Counted from the first letter of the stretch, positions 30,373-44,206 are shown. The stretch is DNA of 64,000 nt from Phreatobacter sp. (GCA_965284145.1 CBDIRH010000003.1:569502-633501), one strand, 5' to 3'. Numbers and translations are program-made. The notes: a model not told the origin generated them from the letters alone.

Positions 30373-31983
30373 TCAGAACAGGCTGCCCTGCCCTTCCCCG
30401 GTCTTGCGAGCCTTCGGTTCCGCGGGACGCGGTGATGGCTTCGGGGCAGCAGGCGCAGGCTCTCCTTCGGCTGTCGCGGCGATGCTGCCGTCAGCGAACT
30501 GGATCGCGAGCGCCATGCCCGGAGAGACCGCTCCAGCGGAACGCAGGGGATGCCCGGCGCCGTCCCGCACCAGCGCGAAGCCGCGTGCGAGCACGCCCTG
30601 GTAGGAGAGCGCTGCGAGAAGTTTCGCGGCGCCGTCGAGCCTGTCACGCCGGCGGCGAAGGATGAGGTCGATGGCGCGCGGCGCCCGCGAGAACACTGTC
30701 TCAAGTCGATCGCGGGCCCGGGCCATGCGGTCGCCCTGCGTCCTCGCATAGACGCCGAGGGAGCGGCCCAGCCGATCACCGAGGGCGGCGAAACCCTGTC
30801 GCCGCGTCTCGATGCGGCGGGCAAGTGACACCGCCGCCCGGCCGCCGAGGCTTTCCACACGATCCTTCGCCCGATCGAGGCGGCCCGTGAGAAGCGCCGG
30901 CGACAGACGTGTGGCGGCGCGCACCAGCTGGGTGCGATGGGCGGCGGCGTTGGCCGCAAGTGCATTCGGCAGGCGCTCGGCCGCCGTGTCCAGACGCTGG
31001 CGGGCGGCATCGAGCAACCGTTCCGCGTCGGGCAGGGCGCGGGCGGCGCTGCGCAATTCGGTGCGACGGCCCTCCATGCCCCGCGCTACCGCCAGGCCGA
31101 GGCGGCGGCCGAGGCCCTGCGTCTCGGCGATGAGGTCGGCGCGCACGGGGACGGCCATCTCGGCCGCGGCCGTCGGCGTCGGGGCGCGGCGGTCGGCGGC
31201 GAAATCGATGAGGGTGGTGTCCGTCTCGTGGCCGACCGCAGAAATGAGCGGGATGGCGCTCTCGGCGGCGGCGCGGACGACGATCTCCTCGTTGAAGCCC
31301 CACAGATCCTCAAGCGAGCCGCCGCCGCGCGCCACGATGATGCACGTCGGGCCGCGGCAGCTCGACCGTCGGGGCCGATGCGCGTTGAAGCCGCGAATGG
31401 CGTTCGGCCACCTCGGCGGCGCTCCGCCTCCGCCCTGCACCCGCACCGGCCAGACGAGGACGTGTGCGAGGGAAGCGGTCGTTGCAGACGGTGCAGGATG
31501 TCGCGGATCACCGCGCCGGTCGGCGATGTCACGACGCCGATGACGGTGGGGCAGGATAGGGCAAGCGGCCGCTTGCGGGCCGGATCGAAGAGGCCCTCGG
31601 CCGCGAGCTTGCTTCCGCCGTTCCTCCAGCAGCGCCATGAGCGCGCCGACACCGGCAGGCTCCAGGCTCTCGATGACCACCTGGTATTTCGACGAGCCGG
31701 GGAAGGTGGTGACGCGGCCGGTGGCGATGACCTCGAGGCCCTCCTGCGGCTTGAAGCTGCAGCCGTCCGTAGACGCCCTTCCAGATCACCGCCTCGATGG
31801 TGGCGCCTTCGTCCTTGAGGCGCGAAATAGACAGTGGCCCGAGCCGCATGGGGCCCTTGAAAGCCGGAGACCTCGCCGCGCAGGCGCACATAGCCGAAGG
31901 CGTCCTCCACCGTCGCGCTTGATGGCGGCGGAGAGGTCCGAGACCGAGATCTCGGGCATGTTGGACGGGGCGACATCGGTCAT
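30373..31983 (-). CDS. xseA: Exodeoxyribonuclease VII large subunit (multiple frameshifts)
   Basis: [47 protein letters not shown] and APTPTAAAE are spread over several frames. Confidence 0.92.
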
Positions 31984-32082
31984 GCGAAGCGAATCCGTGT
32001 GCGCGCGACGGGGCACGTCTTGTCTAGACGCTGCGGGACGCAAGGATGAAGCGCCATCCAGGCGCGATTTCCGGAGAGAGCC

Positions 32083-33399
32083 ATGAACGTGCTTCTGATC
32101 GGCGGCCGGCGGCCGGGAACATGCCCTTGGCCTGGGCCCTTTCGGCGAGTCCCCGCTGCTGACCAAGCTTCACTGCGCGCCGGGTAATCCCGGGCATCGC
32201 GGAGGTCGCCGACCGCTTGCGGCCATCGACGTCGACCGACCACGCCGCCGTCATCGCCTATCTGCCGCCAGAACGCGATCGACCTTCGTCGTCGTCGGGC
32301 CGGAAGCGCCGCTGGTGGCCGGCCTCGCCGATGATCTCGACGAGCGCCGGCATCAAGGTCTTCGGCCCCTCCAGGGCGGCGGCGCAGCTCGAGGGCTCGA
32401 AGGGCTTCACCAAGGATCTCTGCCGCGACTTCGGCATTCCCGACCGCCGCCTACGAGCCGCTTCACCGCCGCCGAGCCGGCCAGGGACTACTGTGCGCCG
32501 CATGGGCGCGCCCATCGTCATCAAGGCGGATGGGCTCGCCGCCGGCAAGGGCGTGGTCGTCGCCATGACGCTGCGACGAGGCGCTGAGCGCGCAGTCGAC
32601 ATGACTGTTTCGAGGGCGGCATGCGGCGCGGCCGGCGCGTCGGTCGTCGATCGAGGAGTTCATGACCGGCGAGGAGGCCTCGCTTCTTCGCGCTCTGCGA
32701 CGGCGACACATGCGCTGGCCCTCGCAACTGCCCAGGACCACAAGCGCGTCGGCGACGGCGACACCGGGCCCGAACACTGGCGGCATGGGCGCCTATTCGC
32801 CGGCCCCCGTGATGACGCCGGCCATGGTCGAGCGCACCATGGCCGAGATCATCCGGCCGACGCGTGGCGGCGATGAAGGCCAAGGGCACATCCGTTCAAG
32901 GGCGTGCTCTTCGCCGGACTGATGATCACCGACGCCGGGCCGAAGCTCATCGAATACAACGTGCCGCTTCGGCGATCCCGGAACGCCAGGTGCTGATGAT
33001 GCGGCTGAAGGACGACCTCCTGGACGCTGCTTGCTCGCGTCCGCCGACGGCCAGCTCGAGGATCGATGACCGCGCGCTGGTAGCGACGACGTGGCCCTCA
33101 CCGTCGTCATGGCCGCCAGGGGCTATCCGGGCACGCCCGAGAAGGGCTCGGTCATCCGCGGCATCGCGCGGGCGCGGGCGCTCGACGGTGTCGAAGTCTT
33201 CCATGCGGGCACGGCGCTGAGGGACGGCGAGATCGTCGCCAGCGGCGGACGGGTACTCGCGGTCACCGCGACAGGACGGACAGTGACGGAGGCGCAGGAA
33301 AGGGCCTATCGTGCGGTCGACCTGATCGACTGGCCCGGCGGCTTCTGCCGACGGGACATCGGCTGGCAGGCGGTGGCCCGGGAACGGGCAGGCGGTTGA
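32083..33399 (+). CDS. purD: Phosphoribosylamine-glycine ligase (multiple frameshifts)
   Basis: [48 protein letters not shown] and GGRVL. Confidence 0.93.
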
Positions 33400-33477
33400 C
33401 CTCTGACAAGGGGAACGGCCGCTTTGCCGCCATCTCCCAAGGGTGCACGAGGACGGCATGGTGCAGGCGGGAAGCCA

Positions 33478-33978
33478 ATGATCAGGAAGGCGATGCGATC
33501 GCTGTGGGACGCCGTCCGTCCGGCAGGACTGACGGGACGGGAGATCGCCAGCGCGCGCGGGATCGACGCGGCGATCAGCCCCGATCTCGACCTTCATCTG
33601 CGACAGGACGATGCGGCGACCTATTTCCTCAATTGCCGCGGCCAGAAGGTGGGGCGCGAGCGCCTCGCGGCCCTGGCCGACGGTCTCGACGGCCTGATCG
33701 CCCACATCGTCGAGAAGGCCGACGACATTCCCGATTCTCCGACGCCGTTCCGCAACCCCTGGAGCGGCAAGCCCTACTCGATCGACGACCTGCAGCTGAC
33801 GGGAGCGACGATCGACGTCAACCTCAGTCGTCGCGGCGGCAGGATCGAGATCGACGTGCCGGTGGCCACGGCCGAGCATCCGCTCGCCCTGTCGCCTGAG
33901 GACCTCGAGCGGTTTGCGGGGACGATCCGGCGCCTTCTCGCGATGGAGGATGCGGCAGCGGGTCAACCTCCCGCCTGA
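33478..33978 (+). CDS. Hypothetical protein
   Basis: Clean 166-aa ORF with GC3-biased codons filling the gap after purD; a terminator-like hairpin follows. Confidence 0.65.
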   Translation: MIRKAMRSLWDAVRPAGLTGREIASARGIDAAISPDLDLHLRQDDAATYFLNCRGQKVGRERLAALADGLDGLIAHIVEKADDIPDSPTPFRNPWSGKPYSIDDLQLTGATIDVNLSRRGGRIEIDVPVATAEHPLALSPEDLERFAGTIRRLLAMEDAAAGQPPA

Positions 33979-33989
33979 AGGCGGGTTTT
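33970..33989 (+). terminator. Rho-independent terminator
   Basis: CCCGCC-tgaa-GGCGGG-TTTT. Confidence 0.6.
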
Positions 33990-34133
33990 CCGGCCGGACA
34001 ATCGCCCACGGGCTTCGGCTGGCCTCATCGACATGACTCAGCCGCATCGGCAGCGCCGGGCGGCGCATACGAGGTCGCATGGCACCTTTGGCTGCGATCT
34101 CGGTTATGCTTCGCGGCAACGCGAGGAGTTTCC

Positions 34134-35045
34134 ATGTCCACCTTCGATCTGTTCCCCGGCTTCGCATCCCACTGGGTCGATACCTCGATCGGCCAGATCT
34201 TCGCGCGCTCCGGCGGTTCCGGGCCGCCGCTGCTCCTCGTTCATGGCTTTCCGCAGACCCATGTCGAATGGCACAGGATCGCGCCGGAACTGGCGAAGCG
34301 CTTCACCCTGGTGATGCCGGACCTTCCAGGCTACGGCTGGTCGGTCGCGCCGCGCGGCGACACAAGCCACTTCCCCTATGCCAAGCGGGACATGGCGAAA
34401 GTGCTGATCGAGGTGATGGAGAGCCTCGGCCATGTGCGCTTCATGGCCTGCGGACACGACCGGGGCGCGCGGGTCACCTACCGCATGGCCCTCGACCATC
34501 CCGGCAGGCTGGAGCGCATCGCTCTCCTCGATATCGTTCCGACCATCGTGATGTGGGAGCGTATCCGCGCCGCCCCGTCGCCCAAGACCGAGCACTGGAT
34601 CTTCCTGTCGGGCCCGGAGGGCGTGCCGGAGGCCGAGATCGGCCGCAACCCCACAGCCTATCTCGAGGAGAAGCTCGCCCTCTGGACGAAGACTGGCACG
34701 CTCGACGCCTATGACAATCGCGCCCTCCAGCACTATCGCGACTTCTTCAACGATCCATCCCGCATCCACGCCTGCTGCGAGGACTACCGGGCCGGAGCCA
34801 CCGTCGATCTTGCGGCGGATGAGGCGGACAAGGCGGCGGGCAAGACGATTGCCGTCCCGACCCACGTCGTCTGGGGCGATGCCGGCATTCCCTCCGCCGG
34901 TGCTAGCCCGCTCGATGCCTGGAAGGTCTTCGCTCCGGTGGCGACCGGGGAGCCGGTCGATTCAGGCCATTTCATCCCCGAGGAGAACCCGGCGGGGTGC
35001 CTCGCCGCGCTCGTGCCTTTCCTCATGGCGACGTCCCTGTCCTGA
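34134..35045 (+). CDS. Fluoroacetate/haloacetate dehalogenase-like alpha/beta hydrolase
   Basis: HGFPQTH, GHDRGARV, LLDIVPT, HW, CEDYRAG and SGHFIPEE; collinear with Rhodopseudomonas RPA1163 as I recall it. Confidence 0.85.
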   Translation: MSTFDLFPGFASHWVDTSIGQIFARSGGSGPPLLLVHGFPQTHVEWHRIAPELAKRFTLVMPDLPGYGWSVAPRGDTSHFPYAKRDMAKVLIEVMESLGHVRFMACGHDRGARVTYRMALDHPGRLERIALLDIVPTIVMWERIRAAPSPKTEHWIFLSGPEGVPEAEIGRNPTAYLEEKLALWTKTGTLDAYDNRALQHYRDFFNDPSRIHACCEDYRAGATVDLAADEADKAAGKTIAVPTHVVWGDAGIPSAGASPLDAWKVFAPVATGEPVDSGHFIPEENPAGCLAALVPFLMATSLS

Positions 35046-35099
35046 AGGCCGGACACCTCCTGCTTGACCGGTCATGTCCCGCGGCTTAACCCGCAGGGC

Positions 35100-35990
35100 A
35101 TGACCGACAGCCTCGCCGCCCCCACCGTCGCCCTGCCGCCGATCATCGACGGCCTCGCCTCCATCGCGGACCGCTACGACCTCGTCTTCACCGACGTCTG
35201 GGGCGTGCTGCACAACGGCATGCGGGCGCATCCCCTCGCCTGCGAGGCGCTGGTGAACATCCGCAAGCGCGGCGTTCCGGTGATCCTCATCACCAACGCG
35301 CCGCGCCAGGCGCCCGTCATCGTCGGCCAGCTCGACCGGCTCGGCGTCCCGCGGGCTGCCTATGACGCCGTCGTGACATCGGGCGACGTGTCGCGCGACT
35401 ACATGCGAACGCGGCCGGGCGAACCTGTCCACCATGTCGGTCCGCAGCGCGACCTCGTGGTCTTCGAGGGCATCGATACCCGCCTCGTGCCGATCGAGGA
35501 TGCCTCCTACGTCGTCTGCACCGGCCTCATCGACGACCGGACCGAGACGCCCGACGACTATCAGGAGCGGCTGGAGCGGATGCGGGCGCGCGACCTGTTC
35601 TTCCTGTGCGGCAATCCGGACAAGGTGGTCGAGGTCGGCCACGACCTCATCTTCTGCGCCGGAGCGCTCGGCGACCGCTACCAGTCGCTGGGCGGCGAGG
35701 TGCTCTATGCCGGCAAGCCCTACGAGCCGGCCTACGACGCCTGCTGGGGCTATGCGGAGCGCATTCTCGGGAAACGGCCAGACAAATCCCGCGTCCTTGC
35801 CATCGGCGATGCGATGCGCACCGACGTGGCCGGTGCGGTCCGCATGGGCTTCGACTGCCTGTTTCTTGCGGAGGGCATCCACGCGGAGGTGCTGCTCGGG
35901 CCGGACGGCATCCGGGCCGACGGCCTGGCACAACTGATCGGTGAGACGGGCCAGCACCCGCGGCTGGTGATGCGCAAGCTAGCCTGGTAG
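35100..35990 (+). CDS. HAD-IIA hydrolase (TIGR01459 type)
   Basis: DVWGVLHNG, TNAPR, NPD, GKP and IGDAMRTD. Confidence 0.9.
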   Translation: MTDSLAAPTVALPPIIDGLASIADRYDLVFTDVWGVLHNGMRAHPLACEALVNIRKRGVPVILITNAPRQAPVIVGQLDRLGVPRAAYDAVVTSGDVSRDYMRTRPGEPVHHVGPQRDLVVFEGIDTRLVPIEDASYVVCTGLIDDRTETPDDYQERLERMRARDLFFLCGNPDKVVEVGHDLIFCAGALGDRYQSLGGEVLYAGKPYEPAYDACWGYAERILGKRPDKSRVLAIGDAMRTDVAGAVRMGFDCLFLAEGIHAEVLLGPDGIRADGLAQLIGETGQHPRLVMRKLAW

Positions 35991-36011
35991 GCGACCGGCG
36001 GCGGTGCGGCC

Positions 36012-36701
36012 CTACTTGAAGAGGGCGTCCACGTCGTCCTGGTTGCTGCCCTTCTTGGCGGGCTTGGCGAACAGCGCGTCGACATCGCTCTGATCGACAC
36101 CTTCGCCGTCGAGCTGCGGGCCGTGCAGGATGTTCTTGAGCTTGCGCTCCTCGCGACGGCGCTCTTCCTCGGACAGGTATCCGTCGGCATCGGCGGCGCT
36201 GATGGCATCTGCGAAGCGGGTGACGCGCGACTCGATGTGCTTCAGCGTCTCGATCACCTTGGCGACGCGCTGGCCGGTGATGTCCTGGAACGAGCAGGCC
36301 TCGAAGATCAGCATCATGCGCTCGTCGACCATGGCCTTGTAGGCGACGGGATCGGAGGCATCGGCCGCCATCAGTTCCTCGGCGGCGCCCATGATGGTGT
36401 CGGTCGCCTTCTCCGTCGCCTTGACGATGGCGTCGAGTTCCATGCCGGCGGCGGGGATGCGGCTATGCTTGAGATCGTTCGGCTGCAGACGGCCGACCTC
36501 GACCTTCATGTTGGTGATGAACGAGGCGATGTCCGAAAGCTCGCGGTAGACCGCCATGTCGATGGAGCGGAAGAAGCTCGACAGCGACTCCACCGTGACC
36601 TCGGCGAGGGCGACGACGTCGCCGAGAGAGACATCGCCGTTCCCCTTCGTCCGGATAAACTGGACAATACGGTCGAGATGGTCGGTGGAGACTTTCTTCA
36701 T
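36012..36701 (-). CDS. cheZ: Chemotaxis phosphatase CheZ (alphaproteobacterial type)
   Basis: ELDAIVKATEKAT, FEACSFQDITGQRV (DxxxQ), GPQ and a C-terminal QxDVDALF motif. Confidence 0.88.
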   Translation of the reverse strand: MKKVSTDHLDRIVQFIRTKGNGDVSLGDVVALAEVTVESLSSFFRSIDMAVYRELSDIASFITNMKVEVGRLQPNDLKHSRIPAAGMELDAIVKATEKATDTIMGAAEELMAADASDPVAYKAMVDERMMLIFEACSFQDITGQRVAKVIETLKHIESRVTRFADAISAADADGYLSEEERRREERKLKNILHGPQLDGEGVDQSDVDALFAKPAKKGSNQDDVDALFK

Positions 36702-36816
36702 ATCGCCTGTTCCCCAGGGACGTGTGCGGCGGCGTCCGTCCGGTGGGCACGGCCCCCGGAGCGTCGATCGCTGTTTGTCGTTGTCGCGATCCACGCCCGG
36801 CGGCGCGAAACCCTCG

Positions 36817-37201
36817 TCAGTCGGCGAAGACTGCGTCGATCTTGCGCCTTCAGCGTCTGGGCGTTGAACGGCTTCACGATGTAGTTGTTCACGCCAGCCT
36901 TCTTCGCCGCGATGACGTTCTCCGTCTTCGACTCGGCGGTGACCATGATGAAGGGCGTGCGGGAGAGCGATCCGTCGGCGCGGACCTCCTTCAGGAGCTC
37001 GTAGCCGGTCATCGGCTCCATGTTCCAGTCGGAGATGACGAGGCCGTACTTCTTCTCCTTCATCTTGGCGAGCGCGGCCGAGCCGTCGGACGCATCGTCG
37101 ATGTCGTCGAAGCCGAGCTGCTTCAGGAGGTTACGGATGATACGGATCATCGTGTTGTAATCGTCGACCACGAGGATCGGCATCGAAAGGTCAACAGCCA
37201 T
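36817..37201 (-). CDS. cheY: Chemotaxis response regulator CheY (1-nt insertion near the 3' end)
   Basis: ILVVDD, SDWNMEPM, TAE and YIVKPF. Removing one base near 36844 gives ...LKAKIDAVFAD* with the stop at 36817. Confidence 0.9.
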
Positions 37202-37300
37202 CACACTGCTCCAAGCGCCGGCGCTGCTTCCGCGCACCGTTCCGGAAAGTTTTCGAACCGCACGCAATGCGGCGTTCGGTATGAAAATGCCTTTCAGCCT

Positions 37301-37316
37301 TGAAGAAGCGGTTAAC
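37301..37316. promoter_or_regulatory. CtrA-like box upstream of cheY
   Basis: TGAA-gaagcgg-TTAAC against the consensus TTAA-N7-TTAAC. Confidence 0.5.
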
Positions 37317-37436
37317 GCGTCCTCTGGCCGACCGCGAAAATCCCGCGATATTGCGGCTCCGGCTGCCTGATCATCGGCAGGGTTATGAATTGGTTTGCGG
37401 AGGACTTGCGGCTAGGATGGATCATCGGAGTTCCGC

Positions 37437-37808
37437 ATGACCTATTATCAGGACCAGTCGCCCATCTCGACCGGCTTGCGCTGCCGTTGCCCGCGCTGCG
37501 GCGAAGGCGCGCTCTTCGACGGGTTTCTGACGATGAAGCCCAGGTGCAGCGCCTGCGGCCTCGACTATGCCTTTGCCGACGCCGGGGACGGCCCGGCCGT
37601 CTTCGTCATCCTGTTCGCCGGCTTCATCATCTGCGCGATGGCGCTGGTGGTCGAGGTCAAGTACTCGCCGCCCTACTGGGTGCATGCCATCATCTTCCTG
37701 CCCCTCGTGCTGATCGTCTGCCTCGGCCTCCTGCGCCCGATGAAGGGGCTGATGATCGCCCTGCAGTACCGCAACAATGCGAGCGAGGGACGGCTCGACA
37801 CGGAGTAG
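37437..37808 (+). CDS. DUF983 family protein
   Basis: CRCPRCGEGALF, CSACG, DAGDGPA, two TMs and KGLMIALQY. Confidence 0.9.
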   Translation: MTYYQDQSPISTGLRCRCPRCGEGALFDGFLTMKPRCSACGLDYAFADAGDGPAVFVILFAGFIICAMALVVEVKYSPPYWVHAIIFLPLVLIVCLGLLRPMKGLMIALQYRNNASEGRLDTE

Positions 37809-37829
37809 GCCAGCGCCTATCTCGGGCCC

Positions 37830-38624
37830 ATGTCCTCGAATCCCCAGACGCCTGCCGTTCAACCGGATGCTCCCGAGCGCTGGCGCTCGCTCGTCGTGCC
37901 GGCGCTCTTCGCGGCGCTGGCGCTCGGCATGCTGTTCTCGCTGGGCGCGTGGCAGTTGTCGCGGCTGGCCTGGAAGCAGGGCCTGATCGCGCAGGTGGAT
38001 GAGCGCGCCAGGGCCCCCGCCATTCCGCTGGCCGGGCGCGACGCCTGGGGCCGCATGTCGCCCGAGCGTGACGACTATCGCCGGGTGACCGTCACCGGGC
38101 GGTTCCGCCACGAGGCCGAAGCCTATCTCTATCACGTGGCCGGGGACAGCCGGCAGGCCGACCGCGACCGCCCACCGGGACAGGGCTATTTCGTCATGAC
38201 GCCCCTGGTCATGGCCAATGGCGACACGATCATCGTCAACCGCGGCTTCGTTCCGACCGAGCGGCGCGACCCTGCGACACGCCCCGAGGGGCAGTTGCAG
38301 GGAGAGGTCTCGGTAACCGGCCTCGTCCGCTATCCCGAACCGCGCGGCGCCTTCTCGGCGGTCGACGACCCGGCGCGGCGCCTGTTCTACACGCGCGACC
38401 TCGTCGCCATCGCGCGGGCCATGGGGCTCAACACGCGGACAACCGCGCCCTTCTCGATCGATGCCGACGACACCCCCGTACCGGGCGGGCTGCCTCGCGG
38501 CGGCGAGACACGGTTGAGCTTTTCCAACCGCCACCTCGAATATGCCCTGACCTGGTTCGGCCTCGCCCTGACGCTGGTCGGCGTCTTTGCGGCCTTCGCA
38601 ATCCAGCGGCTGCGCGGGCGCTAG
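37830..38624 (+). CDS. surf1: SURF1 family cytochrome oxidase assembly protein
   Basis: LGAWQLSRLAWK, VNRGFVP and NRHLEYALTWFGLA. Confidence 0.93.
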   Translation: MSSNPQTPAVQPDAPERWRSLVVPALFAALALGMLFSLGAWQLSRLAWKQGLIAQVDERARAPAIPLAGRDAWGRMSPERDDYRRVTVTGRFRHEAEAYLYHVAGDSRQADRDRPPGQGYFVMTPLVMANGDTIIVNRGFVPTERRDPATRPEGQLQGEVSVTGLVRYPEPRGAFSAVDDPARRLFYTRDLVAIARAMGLNTRTTAPFSIDADDTPVPGGLPRGGETRLSFSNRHLEYALTWFGLALTLVGVFAAFAIQRLRGR

Positions 38625-38631
38625 GACCCGC

Positions 38632-39974
38632 CTACATGCCCTCGGGCTTGCCGACGACAACCACGAGAAGCTTCGGGTCGCCGAGGAGGCGGCGGGCCAC
38701 CCGGCGGACGTCCTCGATGCCCACCGCATCGATCAGCCCGTTGCGTCGGTCGAGATAGTCCGGCCCCTCGCCGTCGAGCTGGATGCGGATGAGGTTGGAG
38801 GCGATCTGCGTGGAGGTCTCGAACCTCAGCGCCCACGAGCCGATGAGATAGCGCTTTGCCTGCTCCAACTCGATCGCGGTCGGGCCGTCCGTCCCCATCC
38901 GCTTCAGCTCGGCCTCGATGACCGAGAGGCTCTCGGCCGCGCGGTCGTTACGGGTCGAGGTTCCCCCGGTGAGGAGGCCCGCGGCATCGAGAGCGACCAG
39001 CCCCGTCGATACCGAATAGGCGAGGCCCCGCTTCTCCCTGACCTCCTGGTAAAGGCGTGAGGAGAAGGTGCCGCCGCCGAGGATATGGTTCATGACGAAG
39101 GCGGGGAAGAAGTCGGCATCGTCGCGCTTGAGGCCGGCCATTCCGAAGGAGATGATCGCCTGGGGAATGTCGAGCGGCATGACACGCCGCTGGCCCAGAT
39201 TGGCGATCGCCACATCGGGCACGCGTGCGAGCGTGGCGCGCGCAGGAAGTGCGCCGAAGACGTCGTCCAGAAGCGGCCCGAGTTCCGCGGCGGTGATGTC
39301 GCCGACGACGGCCACCTTCAGGTGCTCGCGGGCGATCATCCGCCCGTGCAGGGCGGCAAGGTCGGCGGCGGTGAGGGCCGCCACACTGTCGGCCGTGCCG
39401 GCGCCGCGTCGGCCGTAGGGGTGGCCGGGGAACGCCGTCGACCAGAACGTGTCGCTGGCGATCGAGGAGGGGTTCGTCGAGGCGCGGCGAATGGAGGCGA
39501 GGATCGACTGCCGCATGCGCTCCAGCGGCGCCGGGTCGAGACGGGGACGCGTCAGGGCAAGCTTCAGCAGTGCCATGGCCTCGCCGCGATGCTCGGTGAG
39601 GCTGCGCACCGACCCCGAGAAGATGTCGCGGCTCGCCGCGAAGCTCATCTCGATGGCGCGATCCTGCAGGCGACGGTTGAAGGCCTCCGTGTCGAGGTCC
39701 CCCGCCCCCTCATCCATCATCGCCGCGAGCAAATTGGCGGCGCCCTCGCGTCCATCGGGATCCTGGGACGACCCGCCGCGCATGGCGAAGGACATTGCCA
39801 TGACGGGGAGATGGGTCTGGCGGACAAGCCAGGCCTCGATGCCGCCGGCGGAGACGACCCGCTCGACGCGGCTGGACTGGTTGGAGCCGGCCGGCGCGGA
39901 GCTGGCTGGGGCCGGGGTCAGGGCATGGGCCATCAACAGGGCTCCGGCTGAAAGGAGGGCGCAGAGGCGGAGCA

Positions 39975-39975
<1 letters not shown>
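38632..39975 (-). CDS. M16B peptidase, non-catalytic subunit
   Basis: Lacks HxxEH (has ANLLAAMMDEG) but keeps SRLYQEVREKRGLAY; signal peptide; TGATG overlap with the upstream gene. Confidence 0.88.
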
Positions 39976-42383
<2,408 letters not shown>

Positions 42384-42434
42384 TGAAGTCTCCGTCTGGC
42401 TCTTCCCGCCGGGTGAGGCCGGCGGGTCGGTCTG

Positions 42435-43069
42435 TCAGTTGGTTCGCGATGTCGCCGACGCCCCGCCGCCCTGCGCCAGAGGCTTGGGGGGCTGGTTCTG
42501 GCGGAAGAAGGTATAGCTCAGCGTGATGGTGTTGGCGGAGCGCGCCGCGGCATCCTCGACGATAGCCGGATCGACGAAGTAGACGACCGGAATCTCGCCG
42601 GTCTCGCCCGGCTGCAGCGTCTGCTCGGTGAAGCAGAAGCACTCGCAGCTTGTTGAAGATAGCGCCCGGTTTCGGCGGGTGCGACATTGTAGGTCGCCGT
42701 GCCGGTGACCGGCTCGCTCGCACGTATTGGTCGACCTTGTAGGTCATCGCTGTGGGTCTCGCCCGCCTTGATGGTCTGGCGGGCAGTATCGGCACGGAAG
42801 CGCCACGGCAGGCCGGGACCGATGTTGGAATCGAAGCGGACTGTCGATCGGTCGCGGTCGAGCGACGCGGTCGGCCGGGCTGCTCGGCGCGCATGCGTCG
42901 TGCCGCCGAAGCCGGTGACGCGGCAGAACAGGTCGTAGAGCGGCACAGCGGCATAGGCGGCACCGAACATGGTGGCACCGAAGGCGAAAGCCGACAGGGC
43001 GACCTTGAGATCGCGCTTCCAGCTGCGCGCTGTCGGCACTCCTGGCGTCGTCGACGTCGCGTCGCTCAT
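42435..43069 (-). CDS. ctaG: Cytochrome c oxidase copper chaperone CtaG/Cox11 (frameshifts)
   Basis: [18 protein letters not shown] and ATYNVAP; a CFCF-encoding segment near 42635. End approximate. Confidence 0.88.
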
Positions 43070-43076
43070 CCCGCCC

Positions 43077-43252
43077 TCACATCGGCCGCTTGAGGATGGC
43101 CGGGCCCTTGACCATCGTGATGATCCAGAAGAGCACGACAGAGACCGGTCAGCGCGAGCGCAATGGCGATGGATCGCTGGCGCTGGCGCTTCTTCTCCTC
43201 GGGCGGTGAGGACGATACCGGACGACTTCGGTCGCTCGGTGACCATGACCAT
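43077..43252 (-). CDS. Small single-TM protein (CoxF-like), frameshifted
   Basis: [22 protein letters not shown]...[13 protein letters not shown] reconstructed across frames, in the usual slot between ctaB and ctaG. Confidence 0.65.
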
Positions 43253-43256
43253 CGCC

Positions 43257-44206
43257 TCAGCAACGGCGCGTCGCGACCACGCCCTGCTCGACGAGGAGCA
43301 CGGCGAAGAGAGCGAAGAGATAGAGGATGCGAGAAGGCGAACATGCGGCCGGCCGCCTTGCGGGCGACAGCGCCCTCGCGCCGTGCGGTAGATCTCCAGG
43401 GCCAGCCACAGCATGCCGAGACGCCCGGCGAGCGCCGCGATGCCATAGACCGGTCCGGCGAAGCCGAGCAGCCACGGCGGCAGCGCCGGTCGGCGCCAGC
43501 AGCACCGTGTAGAGCAGGATCTGGCGGCGCGTCGTCGGCCTCGCCGGCAGACCACCGGCAGCATCGGCACGCCGGCGCGCGCATAGTCGTCCGACTTCAG
43601 CAGCGCCAGCGCCCAGAAATGCGGCGGCGTCCACATGAAGATGATGAGGAACAGGACGATCGCCTTCGACGGCTGACGACACCGGTCACCGCGGCCCAGC
43701 CGATCATCGGCGGGAAAGCGCCGGCGGCGCCGCCGATGACGATGTTCTGCGGCGTCCAGCGCTTCAGCCACATCGTGTAGACGACGGCATAGAAGAAGAT
43801 GGTGAAGGCCAGCAGGCCGGCCGCCAGCCAGTTGGCGACGCAGGCCGAGCGACCAGCACCGAGCAGGCCGACAGGCAACGAGACCGAAGGCAAGCGCCTC
43901 CCCGGGGGAGACCCGGCCGGCAGGGATCGGCCTGCGTGGCCGTCCGCGACATCAGGGCGTCGATGTCGGCATCGTACCACATGTTGAGGGCGCCCGAGGC
44001 GCCGGCACCGACGGCGATGCACAGGATGGCTGATCGCGGCCAGCACGGGATGCAGCGATCCCGGCGCAACGATCAGACCGGTGAGCGCCGTGAAGACCAC
44101 GAGCGACATCACGCGCGGCTTCAACAGGGCGAAGAAGTCGCGCGGCGTCGGCCTGGCTGACCAGGGCGGCGCGGTTCACTCCCGATGTGTCGTCGACAAG
44201 AGACAA
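43257..44206 (-). CDS. ctaB: Heme o synthase (protoheme IX farnesyltransferase), frameshifts
   Basis: [37 protein letters not shown] and WTPPHFWAL. Confidence 0.92.

Noticed and set aside
36698-36850. CheY C-terminal extension overlapping cheZ
   Set aside because: It results from a single inserted base; correction gives a normal 127-aa CheY.
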